A stretch of 64,000 bases of DNA from Candidatus Binatia bacterium (GCA_963664395.2 OY761159.2:4576001-4640000), one strand, 5' to 3'. Shown: positions 40,614-52,058, counted from the stretch's first letter. Made by a program: numbers and translations. Notes: generated by a model not told the origin, from the letters alone.

Positions 40614-41030
40614 TTACTGATAGTATTGCAGCTTCCGGGGCTGGACCTCAAGCGGCTGACGTCCACTGAATCCTTCAGTTCGTTTGTGATAATAGGCAAT
40701 CTCTTTTTCGCCATACTGCCAACACAGAGAGACCTCTTCTCCGTTCAACACGGCGGGAAAGTCGACAAGACCAAGGGCTAATCCTTTGAACACGCCGCCA
40801 TGTTTTTCAATAGACTGAACGGCTTGGGCCATCTCTTCGAATAATGGACGAAGCCCAGGACGGAACTGCAAGGGATGGCGCTGAGCGCCCGCAGCGTGAT
40901 CCTCTTGGGAAAGTGCCTGGACCTTCTCCCGCACATGGATACAGAGGCGCTGCATCTTCTCCACAGCCATTTCCATGTGTGGGATCATTGCATTTGCTTC
41001 TTCAAGATTAAAATGTTTTTGCTCAGCCAT
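40614..41030 (-). CDS. DUF2203 family protein
   Basis: FNLEEAN.MIP, GLVDFP, LCWQYGE..I.YYH...GF.GRQP. Confidence 0.88.
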   Translation of the reverse strand: MAEQKHFNLEEANAMIPHMEMAVEKMQRLCIHVREKVQALSQEDHAAGAQRHPLQFRPGLRPLFEEMAQAVQSIEKHGGVFKGLALGLVDFPAVLNGEEVSLCWQYGEKEIAYYHKRTEGFSGRQPLEVQPRKLQYYQ

Positions 41031-41175
41031 TATTTCAGCTATTTCATTTATTTCAGCTTGGCCCTCGGAGTGCCGAAGTTTGTAACGAGAGTTTCCTACT
41101 TGTGCAAGCAGAGACCATGTATTATGGTTTTGAACAGAAAACAGGGTACTGGGAATACTACCGGAGGAGGCCTAT

Positions 41176-43623
41176 ATGACAGACATCAAAGTTAGTGAAG
41201 GGGAAGAGACGCCTGAACAGAGTGTTGTGGGATTTGAAGAAGACCTGAGTGACGTCGAGCTTCCTAAAGAGCTCCCGATCCTGCCCTTGCGTGGCGTCGT
41301 CATCTTTCCTTCCGCCATCGTCCCCCTCCTGATTTCACGCGCATCCTCTCTCAAGCTGGTTGAAGACTGCAGGAACAGCAATAACATTTTAGGCTTGGCA
41401 GCCCAGAAAAACCCAGAAGATGAAGCCCCTGAACCGCAGGCGCTTTTTTCGCGTGGGAGTGCCGGCCGTATCCTGAAAATTCTTAAATATCCGGACGGCA
41501 GCGTCCGCATTTTGGTCCAAGGGCTGAAGCGGATCGAAATTCGAGAGTACGGACAAACTGACCCCTATTACCGCGCGCAGGTGACGCAACTGGAGAGCGA
41601 AACAGAAGAATCCCAAGATTCAGACGCCCTCCAAGCACACCTCGTCAGTCAATTTGCCAAGTTCGTCTCTCTGGTTCCGTACCTCCCGGATGAACTCCAG
41701 GGCGTAGTCATGAATATCAAAGATCCGGCCAGGGCGACGGATCTGATTGGCTCCAACCTCAATATCTCGGTTGATGAAAAACAAGACCTGTTGAATACCT
41801 TGAGCGTCCGCACTCGGTTAGAAAAGCTGTCAACTATTCTGAACCGTGAAGTCGAACTTGTTGAGCTGGGGAATAAAATCCAGTCGCAGGTCCAAAGCGA
41901 GCTCAATAAAAACCAGAAGGAATTTTATTTACGTCAGCAGATACGGGCGATTCAAAAAGAACTTGGAGAAGGCGACTCTCGCTCCAATGAGCTTGATGAC
42001 TTGCGCCAGAAAATAGACGAAGCCAATATGCCCGAAGAGGCGCTCAAAGCCGCGGATAACGAATTCGAGCGCCTCAAAATCATTCCGCCCGAGTCGGCAG
42101 AACACTCAATGGTGCGGACCTACCTCGAATGGCTCATCCACCTCCCCTGGGCAATCACGACAGACGACAACCTGGATATTCCGCATGCCCGCCAGGTTCT
42201 GGACGAAGACCATTACGACTTAGAGAAGATTAAGGACCGTATCCTCGAATACTTGGCCGTGCGGAAGCTCAAGCAAGACTCGAAGGGACCCATTTTATGT
42301 TTCGTTGGCCCCCCGGGGGTAGGTAAAACATCGCTGGGACGTTCTATTGCTCGGGCCATGGGACGGAAGTTCGTACGCCTCTCACTTGGTGGAGTCAGAG
42401 ACGAAGCGGAAATTCGCGGCCATCGCCGAACGTATATCGGCTCTTTGCCGGGCCGCATTATTCAGTCCCTTCGATCCGCGGGGTCACATAACCCGCTGTT
42501 TATGTTGGACGAGATTGACAAGCTGGGGATGGATTTTCGTGGTGACCCGGCCTCGGCCCTGCTTGAGGTATTAGATACCGAACAAAACTTCGCATTCTCC
42601 GACCATTATCTGGAAGTCCCCTTTGACCTCTCCAAGGTCATGTTTATTACCACAGCCAACTACTTGGAGCCTGTTCCGCCCGCCCTCAAGGATCGTATGG
42701 AGATCATTGAACTGGCAGGCTATACGGAAGAAGAAAAGCTCGAAATTGCCAGGCGCCACATTACACCCAAACAAATCGTTGAGCATGGCTTAACTGAGGA
42801 ACAGATCGAATTTACCGATGAAGCGGTATTGAGTATTGCTAGTGGGTACACACACGAAGCGGGTGTTCGGAACCTGGAGCGAGAGATTGGGGCGGTGTGT
42901 CGCAAAGTCGCACGAGCAGTCACCGAAGGGAACACGGAAAAGACGACGATTACACAGGAGAAAGTCTTAGAGCTGCTAGGGTCGATCAAGTTCTTCTCTG
43001 AGGTGACAGAGCGCATCCAAGAACCTGGGGTCGCTATCGGGCTTGCCTGGACCCCAAATGGGGGAGAGATCTTATTCATTGAGGCGACTCGCATGGCTGG
43101 GAAAAAGGGTCTCACCCTGACAGGCCATCTCGGCGACGTCATGAAAGAGTCGGCCCAAACCGCCCTTTCATACGTCCGCGCCCAAGCCGACCAACTGCAT
43201 ATTCCTGCCGACTTTTATGAAAATTGCGACCTCCATATCCACGTCCCCTCAGGAGCCATTCCCAAAGATGGCCCCTCTGCCGGGATTACCATGGTGACTG
43301 CGCTGGCTTCCCTTCTCACCGGTCGTAGAGTCCGTCAGGATGTTGCCATGACAGGCGAGATTACCCTGCGGGGTAAAGTGATGCCCATTGGCGGTGTCAA
43401 AGAGAAGGTTTTGGCAGCACGGCGAGCCGGCGTAACAACCGTCATCATGCCCAAACGAAATGAAAATGACCTTGAGGATGTCTCGCCCAAGGTACGAGAG
43501 GAAATGCAGTTTCACTTTGTTGAGGTTATCGGCGAAGTGCTTGAGAATGCGCTTGAAGCAGCCACAGTTGACGTCACAGCCACACAGACGGGATTTCAGC
43601 ACGGAGCCCCCCCATCAGGGTAG
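41176..43623 (+). CDS. lon: ATP-dependent protease La
   Basis: [27 protein letters not shown] catalytic Ser, GGVKEK. Confidence 0.98.
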   Translation: MTDIKVSEGEETPEQSVVGFEEDLSDVELPKELPILPLRGVVIFPSAIVPLLISRASSLKLVEDCRNSNNILGLAAQKNPEDEAPEPQALFSRGSAGRILKILKYPDGSVRILVQGLKRIEIREYGQTDPYYRAQVTQLESETEESQDSDALQAHLVSQFAKFVSLVPYLPDELQGVVMNIKDPARATDLIGSNLNISVDEKQDLLNTLSVRTRLEKLSTILNREVELVELGNKIQSQVQSELNKNQKEFYLRQQIRAIQKELGEGDSRSNELDDLRQKIDEANMPEEALKAADNEFERLKIIPPESAEHSMVRTYLEWLIHLPWAITTDDNLDIPHARQVLDEDHYDLEKIKDRILEYLAVRKLKQDSKGPILCFVGPPGVGKTSLGRSIARAMGRKFVRLSLGGVRDEAEIRGHRRTYIGSLPGRIIQSLRSAGSHNPLFMLDEIDKLGMDFRGDPASALLEVLDTEQNFAFSDHYLEVPFDLSKVMFITTANYLEPVPPALKDRMEIIELAGYTEEEKLEIARRHITPKQIVEHGLTEEQIEFTDEAVLSIASGYTHEAGVRNLEREIGAVCRKVARAVTEGNTEKTTITQEKVLELLGSIKFFSEVTERIQEPGVAIGLAWTPNGGEILFIEATRMAGKKGLTLTGHLGDVMKESAQTALSYVRAQADQLHIPADFYENCDLHIHVPSGAIPKDGPSAGITMVTALASLLTGRRVRQDVAMTGEITLRGKVMPIGGVKEKVLAARRAGVTTVIMPKRNENDLEDVSPKVREEMQFHFVEVIGEVLENALEAATVDVTATQTGFQHGAPPSG

Positions 43624-43760
43624 GCGTGACCATCACGCTGGGGCTCAAGAGCAGCGTCACGTTCGCCCTGCTCTTGGTTCTCCTGTCTCTCTTGTCCGCT
43701 TTGCCCTCCCTCTCAGCAGTCAGGTATGGTGCATCAGCCTGAAACTCAAATAGAACTCAA

Positions 43761-44948
43761 ATGGAACTCAAAACGATTGATCAGCTGCCTCTGGCACACA
43801 AACGTGTTCTGATCCGCGTTGATTTTAACGTGCCGCTTACCTCGGAACAAAAAGTGGGCGACGCGACGCGGATACGGGAAGCGCTGCCCACCATACGGCA
43901 CGCCCTCGCTCAGGGTGCGATCATCCTTCTTGCGTCTCACCTGGGGCGACCCAAGGGAACGGTCACACCGGCGCTCAGCCTCAAACCGGTAGCAGCGCTG
44001 CTCCAAGAGCTTCTGGGTTGTCCGGTTAGCCTGACTCCGGATTGTGTGGGACCAGCGGTTCAGCGGCAGGTGAACCAGCTTACGGCTGGGGCAGTCATCG
44101 TTCTTGAAAATCTTCGTTTCCATTCCGCAGAAGAAGCAAATGACCCGGCGTTCAGTCGGGCGCTTGCCGCCTTGGCCGACATCTATGTGAATGATGCCTT
44201 TGGCTCGTCACACCGTTCTCATGCCTCAGTTGTGGGCGTTGTGCGGCATTTCGAGGACAAAGGGGTTGGGTTTCTGATGCGCAGAGAGGTTGACGCCCTG
44301 TCGTCCCTTTTGTCCGCACCGGAACACCCTTTTGTCGCCATACTTGGTGGCGCGAAAGTGTCGGACAAAATCGGACTGATTAAGAGCCTTCTTTCACGAG
44401 CCGACGACATCATTATCGGTGGAGCCATGGCCTATACCCTCTTGCAGGCACAAGGGATCAAAATAGGCCGTTCATTGATCGAGCCGGAAAAAATCAACGA
44501 AGCCAAAAACGTGCTGCAACAGGCTCAGGAGCAAGGAGTCAGGATTCATCTCCCACAAGATCATGTTGTTACGGCGGAACTGACATCAGACTCTCCTTCT
44601 ACAACTACTACGGGAGCAGATATTCCGGATGATCATCTCGGAGTAGACATCGGACCACACAGCATTGCCGCGTTTCGGGCAGTTGTGCAGTCTGCCAGGA
44701 CCGTCCTCTGGAACGGTCCAATGGGCGTTTTTGAAATATCTCCATATGACCGGGGGACCCGGTCTGTTGCGGAAGCTGTCGCCTCCCTCTCAGCCTGTTT
44801 TAGCGTTGCCGGAGGGGGGGATACGGTTGCGGCATTGAATCAAGCCGGCCTTGCCGGTCAGATCAGTCATATATCAACTGGAGGCGGGGCTTCCTTGGAA
44901 TTTCTCGAATCAGGAGATTTACCCGGCCTCGCTGCCTTACGCCCGTAG
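43761..44948 (+). CDS. pgk: Phosphoglycerate kinase
   Basis: RVDFNVP, SHLGRPKG, LENLRF, GGAKVSDK, STGGGASLE. Confidence 0.98.
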   Translation: MELKTIDQLPLAHKRVLIRVDFNVPLTSEQKVGDATRIREALPTIRHALAQGAIILLASHLGRPKGTVTPALSLKPVAALLQELLGCPVSLTPDCVGPAVQRQVNQLTAGAVIVLENLRFHSAEEANDPAFSRALAALADIYVNDAFGSSHRSHASVVGVVRHFEDKGVGFLMRREVDALSSLLSAPEHPFVAILGGAKVSDKIGLIKSLLSRADDIIIGGAMAYTLLQAQGIKIGRSLIEPEKINEAKNVLQQAQEQGVRIHLPQDHVVTAELTSDSPSTTTTGADIPDDHLGVDIGPHSIAAFRAVVQSARTVLWNGPMGVFEISPYDRGTRSVAEAVASLSACFSVAGGGDTVAALNQAGLAGQISHISTGGGASLEFLESGDLPGLAALRP

Positions 44949-45084
44949 GAAACTGAGTGGTATAGCGTTTCCGGCAATGCCACATTCGAGCTTGTCGGAA
45001 TACCGCTTTTCTGTTAGAGAAAGGCATCTCCAGTCGGAGGAGTTTTTTTTGTACAAACCCAAAAGAAAGAAAGGAGATCAGGAG

Positions 45085-45756
45085 ATGATTCGAGGAGGTA
45101 GAGGCTTTCATTTTGTCGGGGTTATTGCTCTCCTCTTTCTGGTTGCAGGCTGCGCAACGGAAAGACAGAAGCGTGCATTCTACGGTGCCACACTCGGTGC
45201 CGGTATTGGAGCCGCGGCCGGTACGGGGATAAGTGATGATGACAATGAAGCGGCGATTGGTGTTGGGGCAGGAGTTGGGGCACTTGTCGGTGCGGTCTTA
45301 GGCTATTACTCGGCGGATGATCCGCCGCCACCACCGCCACCGCCACCACCACCACCACCACCACCACCGCCACCACCGCCACCACCGCCACCGCCGGAAC
45401 CGAAGGTCATTATCCTGCGCGGGATTAACTTCGACTTTGACGAGTCGGATGTGAAGCTTGAGTTCGAGCCTGTCCTCGATGAAGCGGCTCAGATTCTTCA
45501 GGACAATCAGGATTGCATGGTCCTCATCGAAGGGCACACCGACTCGATGGGCTCTGAGTCCTATAACCAGGGCTTATCAGAAAATCGTGCCGCAGCGGTA
45601 AAGGCATACTTGGTCGGCAAAGGCATAGGCGCGGACCGTCTCGAAACCGTCGGGCGTGGGGAAAACGACCCGGTCGCCCCCAACACGAACGACAACGGGA
45701 CGGACAACGCTGAAGGCCGGGGCATGAACCGACGAGCTGAACTTATCGTTCAATAA
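45085..45756 (+). CDS. OmpA-family lipoprotein with glycine zipper and polyproline linker
   Basis: Lipobox VAGC, glycine zipper, long proline run, INFDFD, EGHTD...YNQGLSENRA, NRR.E. Confidence 0.92.
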   Translation: MIRGGRGFHFVGVIALLFLVAGCATERQKRAFYGATLGAGIGAAAGTGISDDDNEAAIGVGAGVGALVGAVLGYYSADDPPPPPPPPPPPPPPPPPPPPPPPPPEPKVIILRGINFDFDESDVKLEFEPVLDEAAQILQDNQDCMVLIEGHTDSMGSESYNQGLSENRAAAVKAYLVGKGIGADRLETVGRGENDPVAPNTNDNGTDNAEGRGMNRRAELIVQ

Positions 45757-45807
45757 GCCACCCTGAACAGGATGAGATACGCCTGCGTGTCCATCCATAA
45801 TCGGCAA

Positions 45808-45855
45808 GAAAAGGGCGGGAGCTTGGTGAGAGAAAATCAGAGCCCCGCCCTTTTC
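45808..45855 (+). terminator. Probable bidirectional intrinsic terminator
   Basis: GAAAAGGGCGGG...CCCGCCCTTTTC inverted repeat downstream of the OmpA gene. Confidence 0.65.
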
Positions 45856-45871
45856 GCGTCTCACATGTAGG

Positions 45872-46417
45872 ATGCTACTCAAGTACTTTTTCCATACCTG
45901 CGCTCCCGGACTGCCTGTGTTTTTTTTCTGCTGCCTCGCGACAGCCGGGGAGACTCGCCCTGCGCCGACTCATACGCTAGAGAGCGAACATGCGCAAAAC
46001 CAGGCGCAGGCCCTCACTGACCCCTCAGCCGAGGACAAGCAGGACAAGCAGGACAAGCAGGACAAGCAGGAAGAGGAAGAAGATCACGCACGAGAGAGCT
46101 TCGAGCTCTTTACCCGCAAATGGATGCAGAAACTGGTAAAGACCGAAGATTTTCAGAAAAAAAAGATGATGAAAATCATACGAGCAGGAGAAGGGTTTGT
46201 TGCCGAATATACCGGATATCTTCCCCATCGCTACACCGTGGTCAAACTGACCAAATCAAAGCTTACACCCTTTGTCGGCATCCTTACCTATTACAAAAAG
46301 AAAATGCGGAGTGTGGGTAAAACAAAAGGGCAAGCCATCAACGGCCTCTTTGAGCAGGCAGAGACCAGCCAAGTCTCTGAGATCTTTCGCTACACGAAAG
46401 GGAAATGGGTGTACTAA
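45872..46417 (+). CDS. Hypothetical exported protein
   Basis: Hydrophobic N-terminus; TPFVGIL.Y and EIFRY..GKW.Y; contains a (DKQ)4 repeat. Confidence 0.65.
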   Translation: MLLKYFFHTCAPGLPVFFFCCLATAGETRPAPTHTLESEHAQNQAQALTDPSAEDKQDKQDKQDKQEEEEDHARESFELFTRKWMQKLVKTEDFQKKKMMKIIRAGEGFVAEYTGYLPHRYTVVKLTKSKLTPFVGILTYYKKKMRSVGKTKGQAINGLFEQAETSQVSEIFRYTKGKWVY

Positions 46418-46553
46418 TCTGACCCTCTCCACTCTCAACGCCGGGCTCTCGCACCGACGCTCCTTTCTCCCTCTTCCTTTTCCGGTCCAGGCTCCCCTTG
46501 CAAACAGGGCCGGCGTTCGCAACCATGAATATATGGGTATACGGCGTCAACCG

Positions 46554-47987
46554 ATGAGATTTTTTTCCAGGTTCGTTTGTTTCCTTACCTGTTTATTCCC
46601 CCTCTTGGTTGGCCTTCAATACGGCTATGCACAACCACTCGACGGCTATGCACAACCACTCGACGGCTATGCACAACCACTCGAAAAGAGCGGCTGGCAG
46701 GTTACCCACAACGTGCTCAACAACGGACTGACGGTCCTCATATTGGAAGATCATCGTGCTCCGGTTGCCACCCTGCAGGTCTGGTACAAGGTCGGCTCGC
46801 GCAATGAGCGGCCGGGCATTACCGGCATTTCTCATCTGCTTGAGCACTTGATGTTCAGAGGAACGCCGACCTACGGCAAAGGGGAATTTTCTCGTTTGGT
46901 TCAGGAACGTGGCGGACGGCTCAATGCGTTCACCTCTACCGACCAGACCGTCTATTTTGAAAGCGCGGCGGTTCAGCACCTTGACCTCTTTCTTGAACTC
47001 GAAGCGGACCGCATGGCCCATGTCATGCTGGATGAAGAAGGCTTTCTGTCGGAGCAGAAAATTGTCATGGAAGAGCGCCGGCTCAGGACTGCGGATGAGC
47101 CAAGCTCCGACCTATGGGAGCAGGTCAGTGCCGCCGCGTTTACCGCTCATCCCTACGGCTGGCCCGTTGTCGGCTGGATGCACGACCTGGAGGCGGTCAC
47201 CCTCGCAGCTGTCAAAGCCTATCGTCAGACCTATTACGCTCCCGGCAATGCCATCCTGGTAATCGCCGGGGACGTGACCCCAGAGACCCTCCTGCCCCGC
47301 ATCCGCCAGACGTTTGGCCAGGTTCCGGCCGGGCCGGCGATTCCCGAGGTCACCTCAGTGGAACCTCTACAGCGGGGCGAACGGCGCGTTTTTCTCAAGC
47401 GCCCGGCATCGCTACCGCTGTATATTGCCGGCTACCACGTTCCGACGCTCGCACATGACGAGAGTTTTGCGCTCTCCATTGCGGCCACTATTCTGGGCGG
47501 CGGTCGGAGCGCCCGCTTGCAACGCTCGCTGGTTGAAGACCAGCAGATTGCCCTGAGCGCGAACGCCGGGTATGACCGGACCTCACTCGATCCCACACTC
47601 TTTACCTTGTCCATGCGGATCGCTCTGGGGAAAACCTGGCAGGCCGCGGAACAGGCATTGTCTGAGGAGATTGCCCGGCTCAAGACCGCACTGGTGACGG
47701 AAAAAGAGCTGGAGCGGGCCAAGAATCTGATTGAGTCGAGTTTTATCTATGCCCAGGACTCGTTCTTCTATCGCGCCCTGCAACTCGGGCAGTACGCCGC
47801 TCTTGGCGACTGGAGCCTCATCCTCAAAGTCATTCCTGGCCTCAGGGCCGTCACAGCGGAACAGGTCCGACAGGTGGCCCAAAAATATCTGATCGATACG
47901 AATCGAACCGTCGGCATCCTGGAACCTGATGGCACACCCATTCGGGAAGTACCCCAGGGAGACCCAGGGCGCCGGGGTGCGCATTAA
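46554..47987 (+). CDS. M16 family zinc peptidase, catalytic subunit
   Basis: HLLEH inverted zinc motif, NAFT, EERR; signal peptide. Confidence 0.93.
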   Translation: MRFFSRFVCFLTCLFPLLVGLQYGYAQPLDGYAQPLDGYAQPLEKSGWQVTHNVLNNGLTVLILEDHRAPVATLQVWYKVGSRNERPGITGISHLLEHLMFRGTPTYGKGEFSRLVQERGGRLNAFTSTDQTVYFESAAVQHLDLFLELEADRMAHVMLDEEGFLSEQKIVMEERRLRTADEPSSDLWEQVSAAAFTAHPYGWPVVGWMHDLEAVTLAAVKAYRQTYYAPGNAILVIAGDVTPETLLPRIRQTFGQVPAGPAIPEVTSVEPLQRGERRVFLKRPASLPLYIAGYHVPTLAHDESFALSIAATILGGGRSARLQRSLVEDQQIALSANAGYDRTSLDPTLFTLSMRIALGKTWQAAEQALSEEIARLKTALVTEKELERAKNLIESSFIYAQDSFFYRALQLGQYAALGDWSLILKVIPGLRAVTAEQVRQVAQKYLIDTNRTVGILEPDGTPIREVPQGDPGRRGAH

Positions 47988-48040
47988 CCAATCCGTTCCT
48001 GCTCGCTCCGACCCTTCCTAGCGCGTGAAGGAAGCATGCT

Positions 48041-49444
48041 ATGACACGACGCCTTCTTATCGGCCTTATTCTCAGCCTCGGTTTTGCGCCGTCTCTCTCA
48101 GCCGCACCGCTGGGCATCCGGACCGTGCTCGATAACGACGCAACGCTGCTCGTTGCCGAGCGCCCCGGTCTGCCCATGGTCGTGATGAGCATGATCCTCA
48201 AAACCGGCGCCGCGGTTGACCCGCAGGGTAAACAGGGACTGGCAAATCTCACCGCCGAGTTACTCACGCGCGGGACCAAGAATTACTCCGCCCAGGCGCT
48301 GGCCGAAGAACTCGACTTCCTAGGGACGTCATTATCGGTTGAAGCCGGTAACGATGCCACGACCATCGGCCTGACGACCTTGACCAAGAATCTGGACCGG
48401 TCTTTCGCCCTCTTGGCCGAAGTCGTCCTGTCCCCAACCTTCCCCCAGGACGAATTCGAGCGCATCCGCAAGGAGATTGAGGGCCGTCTGCACAGCAACC
48501 GGGAAGACCCCGGCTGGGTCGCCGGCAAAGCCTTCAAAGAGCATCTCTACCCTCAGCATCCCTACGGACGGTTGATCTCGGGCCAGGCAGAGACGCTGGC
48601 GCGCATTACGCCTGCTGATATCAGGCAGTTCCACGCCACCTATTATCGTCCCAATAACGCCATCATCGCCGTTGCCGGAGAAATCACCCAGGACCAGATC
48701 GGCTCCCTCCTCGCTGCTCATTTTGCCGACTGGCAAGCGGCCGACCTGCCCGATTTCTCGTGGCCGGACCCACCCGAGCGAGCGGCCCAACAGGTCAACC
48801 TGAATAAAGAAGTCACCCAGGCCAACATCATGATCGGCCATTCGGGCATCGCCCGCTCGCACCCTGATTATTACGCCGTTCTGATCATGAATCACATTCT
48901 CGGGGGCGGGGGATTTGGCTCGCGACTCATGGATCGCATTCGAGAAGAGCAAGGCTATGCCTACTCTATCGGCAGCTATTTCTCCGCTCGTAAACATCCG
49001 GGCCCTTTCACGGTTGCGTTGCAAACCAAGAATGAAAGCGCCCAACAAGCCATTGATGAAACCCTGGCCGTTATTCGGCACTTCAGGGAAGAAGGGGCAA
49101 CCGAAGAGGAACTCGAAGCGGCAAAAGCCTATCTCGTCAACAGCTTCCCGCTCCGGCTCATTTCCAACGCGGATGTCGCCGGAATGCTCCCGGTGCTCGA
49201 GTTCTATGAACTGGGACTCGATTACCCGGACCGCTACCCAGGCATTATTGGGGCGGTGACGCTTGAGCAGGTGAGAGCGGCGGCAAAGAACCACCTCCAC
49301 CCGGATCAATTCGTTCAGGTCGTGGTCGCCGATCTGGAAAAGGCTGGCCTGGAACGGGCCGAGACTAGCGCCGATGTGTCCGGTGGGAACACGGAACACA
49401 CGGCAACGGAAGAGCCAAACCCCGCCGCGACAATGGCGGAGTGA
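48041..49444 (+). CDS. M16 family peptidase, non-catalytic subunit
   Basis: Lacks HxxEH; GGGGFGSRL...RE..GYAY. Confidence 0.9.
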   Translation: MTRRLLIGLILSLGFAPSLSAAPLGIRTVLDNDATLLVAERPGLPMVVMSMILKTGAAVDPQGKQGLANLTAELLTRGTKNYSAQALAEELDFLGTSLSVEAGNDATTIGLTTLTKNLDRSFALLAEVVLSPTFPQDEFERIRKEIEGRLHSNREDPGWVAGKAFKEHLYPQHPYGRLISGQAETLARITPADIRQFHATYYRPNNAIIAVAGEITQDQIGSLLAAHFADWQAADLPDFSWPDPPERAAQQVNLNKEVTQANIMIGHSGIARSHPDYYAVLIMNHILGGGGFGSRLMDRIREEQGYAYSIGSYFSARKHPGPFTVALQTKNESAQQAIDETLAVIRHFREEGATEEELEAAKAYLVNSFPLRLISNADVAGMLPVLEFYELGLDYPDRYPGIIGAVTLEQVRAAAKNHLHPDQFVQVVVADLEKAGLERAETSADVSGGNTEHTATEEPNPAATMAE

Positions 49445-49474
49445 GGCGCCGCCATATATGTGGAGTGAGCGTTT

Positions 49475-50467
49475 ATGCTTCTCCCCGGCAAACTCCCAGC
49501 TGATTTCCTCAAAACCTGCATCACACATGCGGGGACGGAAGACCCGCGTGTTCTCATCGGCCCACGTTTTGGCGAGGACTGCGCCGTTATCGATATTGGC
49601 GCTCAGTATCTTGTTGTCAAAACCGACCCGGTGACATTCACAGCGGCAGATGTGGGTTGGTACGCCGTGCATATCAATGCCAACGATGTTGCGACCATGG
49701 GCGCACAGCCGGCCTGGTTTCAAACCTGTCTCCTGTTTCCGCCTGATACTCCAGAAGAAAGCGTCAGACAGGTCTTTGCCCAGATTGACTCTACCTGTCG
49801 AGATCTGGGCATTACTGTCACCGGTGGGCACACGGAAGTGACCGCGTCAGTCACTCAGCCAGTCGTGGTCGGCAATATGACAGGCGTGGTCGCCAAAGAC
49901 CGATTAGTGACCACACAGGGAGTCCGGGCCGGAGACTTGGTCGTAATGACCAAGACAGCCGGTCTTGAGGGGACCAGCATTGTGTTCACCGAGAAGCGCA
50001 AAGAACTGGAGGACATTCTTGTACCGGAGCTTCAGGACGAGGCGCAGAATATCCGCACAACATGGGGAATCTCCATTGTCAAAGAAGCCCTGTTAGCCGC
50101 ACAATACGGCGCTACAGCCATGCACGACCCCACAGAAGGCGGCGTGGCCATGGGCCTGTACGAGCTGACCGCGGTCAGCGACCTCGGCATGCAGCTCGAC
50201 CTCGACGCCATTCCCACCCTGCCCTCCACCCGAGCCATATGTGAGCACTTCAGTATCAATCCACTCGGATTGATTAGTTCCGGCACCCTGCTCCTGACCA
50301 TTGCTGCTGACAATTGGCCGAGTCTTGAAAATATTTTTCAGTTAGCAAACATTCCCGCTCAGGTCATTGGGAGCGTCACGCCGGAGACCGGCATTCAGGC
50401 CCGGCGGAACGGCCAGGAGGTGCGGTTTGTCTATAGTGAAAGGGATGAGCTGCTGAAGGTTCTTTGA
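49475..50467 (+). CDS. AIR synthase/HypE/PurM-like family protein
   Basis: GEDCA, TDP.T, NDVATMG, GGHTE, MHDPTEGG. Confidence 0.88.
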   Translation: MLLPGKLPADFLKTCITHAGTEDPRVLIGPRFGEDCAVIDIGAQYLVVKTDPVTFTAADVGWYAVHINANDVATMGAQPAWFQTCLLFPPDTPEESVRQVFAQIDSTCRDLGITVTGGHTEVTASVTQPVVVGNMTGVVAKDRLVTTQGVRAGDLVVMTKTAGLEGTSIVFTEKRKELEDILVPELQDEAQNIRTTWGISIVKEALLAAQYGATAMHDPTEGGVAMGLYELTAVSDLGMQLDLDAIPTLPSTRAICEHFSINPLGLISSGTLLLTIAADNWPSLENIFQLANIPAQVIGSVTPETGIQARRNGQEVRFVYSERDELLKVL

Positions 50468-50482
50468 GAAAAGAGCCCTTAA

Positions 50483-50659
50483 AGGAAAGGGGAGAGAGAA
50501 TGTAAATATTGGCTCGATCGGGAGCGCTTTGATGTGGAAGAAGTCTATGCTTATAATCTTTCTCCCCGAGACCGCCGAGATATCAAGAAGATCATCTTTG
50601 ACCATTTCGAATACATTGAACAGCGATGGGAAAAGTTTCAACGGAGTCGCCAACCATGA
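50483..50659 (+). pseudogene. 5'-truncated DUF4160-like gene
   Basis: Open frame RKGERECKYWLDRERFDVEEVYAYNLSPRDRRDIKKIIFDHFEYIEQRWEKF, bounded by an upstream TAA and lacking the N-terminal part. Its TGA overlaps the DUF2442 ATG. Not in the ORF track. Confidence 0.7.
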
Positions 50660-50913
50660 AGCAATATCATGCTGTGGGAGATGTGCATTTCGAGGACAAT
50701 ATTTTGCATGTCACCATCGATGGGCAGGCCAGGATGTTCAACATACCCGAGATATCTCAAGTCCTCCTCAATGCTCCAGAGAAGGACCGCCAGATTTTTG
50801 AGATTTCCCCATCGGGGTATGGGATTCATTGGCCGTTACTCGATGAAGACTTATCGATAGATGGGCTGCTTGGCGTTATGCATACGCCCTCAAAGAAAAG
50901 GCGGAGCGCCTAA
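50656..50913 (+). CDS. DUF2442 family protein
   Basis: LLNA...R..FEISPSGYGIHWPLLDEDLSIDGLL. Confidence 0.88.
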   Translation: MKQYHAVGDVHFEDNILHVTIDGQARMFNIPEISQVLLNAPEKDRQIFEISPSGYGIHWPLLDEDLSIDGLLGVMHTPSKKRRSA

Positions 50914-50977
50914 TCAAACCTGGCCGTACAAAAACCAGCAGTCTCACCCAGATAGAATTGCAACCAAGGAGGTAGGA

Positions 50978-52033
50978 ATGGACTACGGAGTGATTTTTCT
51001 TTCCCATGTTGAGGCCTATAAAGACGTCATGATTGCCGAGGACAAGGGCTATACCCATGCCTGGTTCGGAGACTCCCAGATGGTCTGGAGCGATGTCTAC
51101 CAGTGCATGGCGCTGAGTGCGACCCATACAAAGACGATCAAACTCGGCACCAACGTGACCAACCCCAGTTCGCGCATTGCCCCGGTGACGGCCTGTAGCT
51201 TCGGCACCCTGAATGTGCTCGCTCCGGGCCGGGTCATCATGGGTATCGGGACGGGCAATACCGCCCGGCGGACGCTCGGCATGCCGGCGGCCCGGTTGGC
51301 AGACCTGCGGGCCAATGTGGAGGTGTGTCGCGGCTTGCTGAAAGGAGAGACCGTTCCGTATCAAGAAGGCGAGCGCAAGCGCCAGATCAGGTTCCTCAAC
51401 CCCAACAGCCAGTTCGTCAATCTGAAAAATCCCATCCCGATTCACGTGGCCGGCAGCGGCCCCAAGACGCTGGAGTTGGCCGGGGAAATCGGAGACGGCG
51501 TGATCCTCTTCGGTACGGTTGGTGACAGCCTGCTCAAATATACACTGGACCATATTCGACGCGGAGCCGAACGCGCCGGCAAGCGCCTGGAAGACCTCTA
51601 TGTCACGGTGGTGACGGCCTTCCATCTGAGAAAACCCGGAGAGACCCTGGAAGACCTTCAACAGGCGGTCGGCCCGCTGGTTTCTTCGGAGTGCAATATT
51701 TTCGCCCTGTCGGTGAAGGACCCCTTTCAGTTGCCGGGAGACATCCGGGATGACCTCATGGCCTTTAAGGACGCCTATCGTACCCCAAACGCCCCGATCG
51801 AGACCCGTCATCTGGACCTCTACACGGACTATTGCGCCGCGTTTAAGCCGGAACACGCACCGTTGGTCACTGAAAAGATGATTAAGGAGACCACGCTGAC
51901 CGGCACGCCCGAGGAGCTTCGGGAACGGGTGCGGAAGATGAAGGAGTTGGGCGTCAGCCAGGTCTGCATAACCGGCGGAGAGGCAGAGATGGACGACTTC
52001 GCCACCCACGTCATACAGCAAGTTGAGGGGTAG
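50978..52033 (+). CDS. LLM-class flavin-dependent oxidoreductase (Mer-like)
   Basis: WFGDSQ, LGTNVTNP..R, GPKTLELAGEIGDG; RBS AGGAGG. Confidence 0.9.
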   Translation: MDYGVIFLSHVEAYKDVMIAEDKGYTHAWFGDSQMVWSDVYQCMALSATHTKTIKLGTNVTNPSSRIAPVTACSFGTLNVLAPGRVIMGIGTGNTARRTLGMPAARLADLRANVEVCRGLLKGETVPYQEGERKRQIRFLNPNSQFVNLKNPIPIHVAGSGPKTLELAGEIGDGVILFGTVGDSLLKYTLDHIRRGAERAGKRLEDLYVTVVTAFHLRKPGETLEDLQQAVGPLVSSECNIFALSVKDPFQLPGDIRDDLMAFKDAYRTPNAPIETRHLDLYTDYCAAFKPEHAPLVTEKMIKETTLTGTPEELRERVRKMKELGVSQVCITGGEAEMDDFATHVIQQVEG

Positions 52034-52058
52034 CTTGGAGGGGCGTGATCTGACTCAA

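Noticed and set aside
45322-45396. (CCR)n run as a contingency locus
   Set aside because: An in-frame polyproline linker, common in OmpA-family proteins.
48332-52021. Long antisense ORFs (499 aa at 48332-49831, 381 aa at 50876-52021, and similar ones elsewhere)
   Set aside because: Shadows of well-supported opposite-strand genes in GC-rich DNA, with no recognisable motifs.
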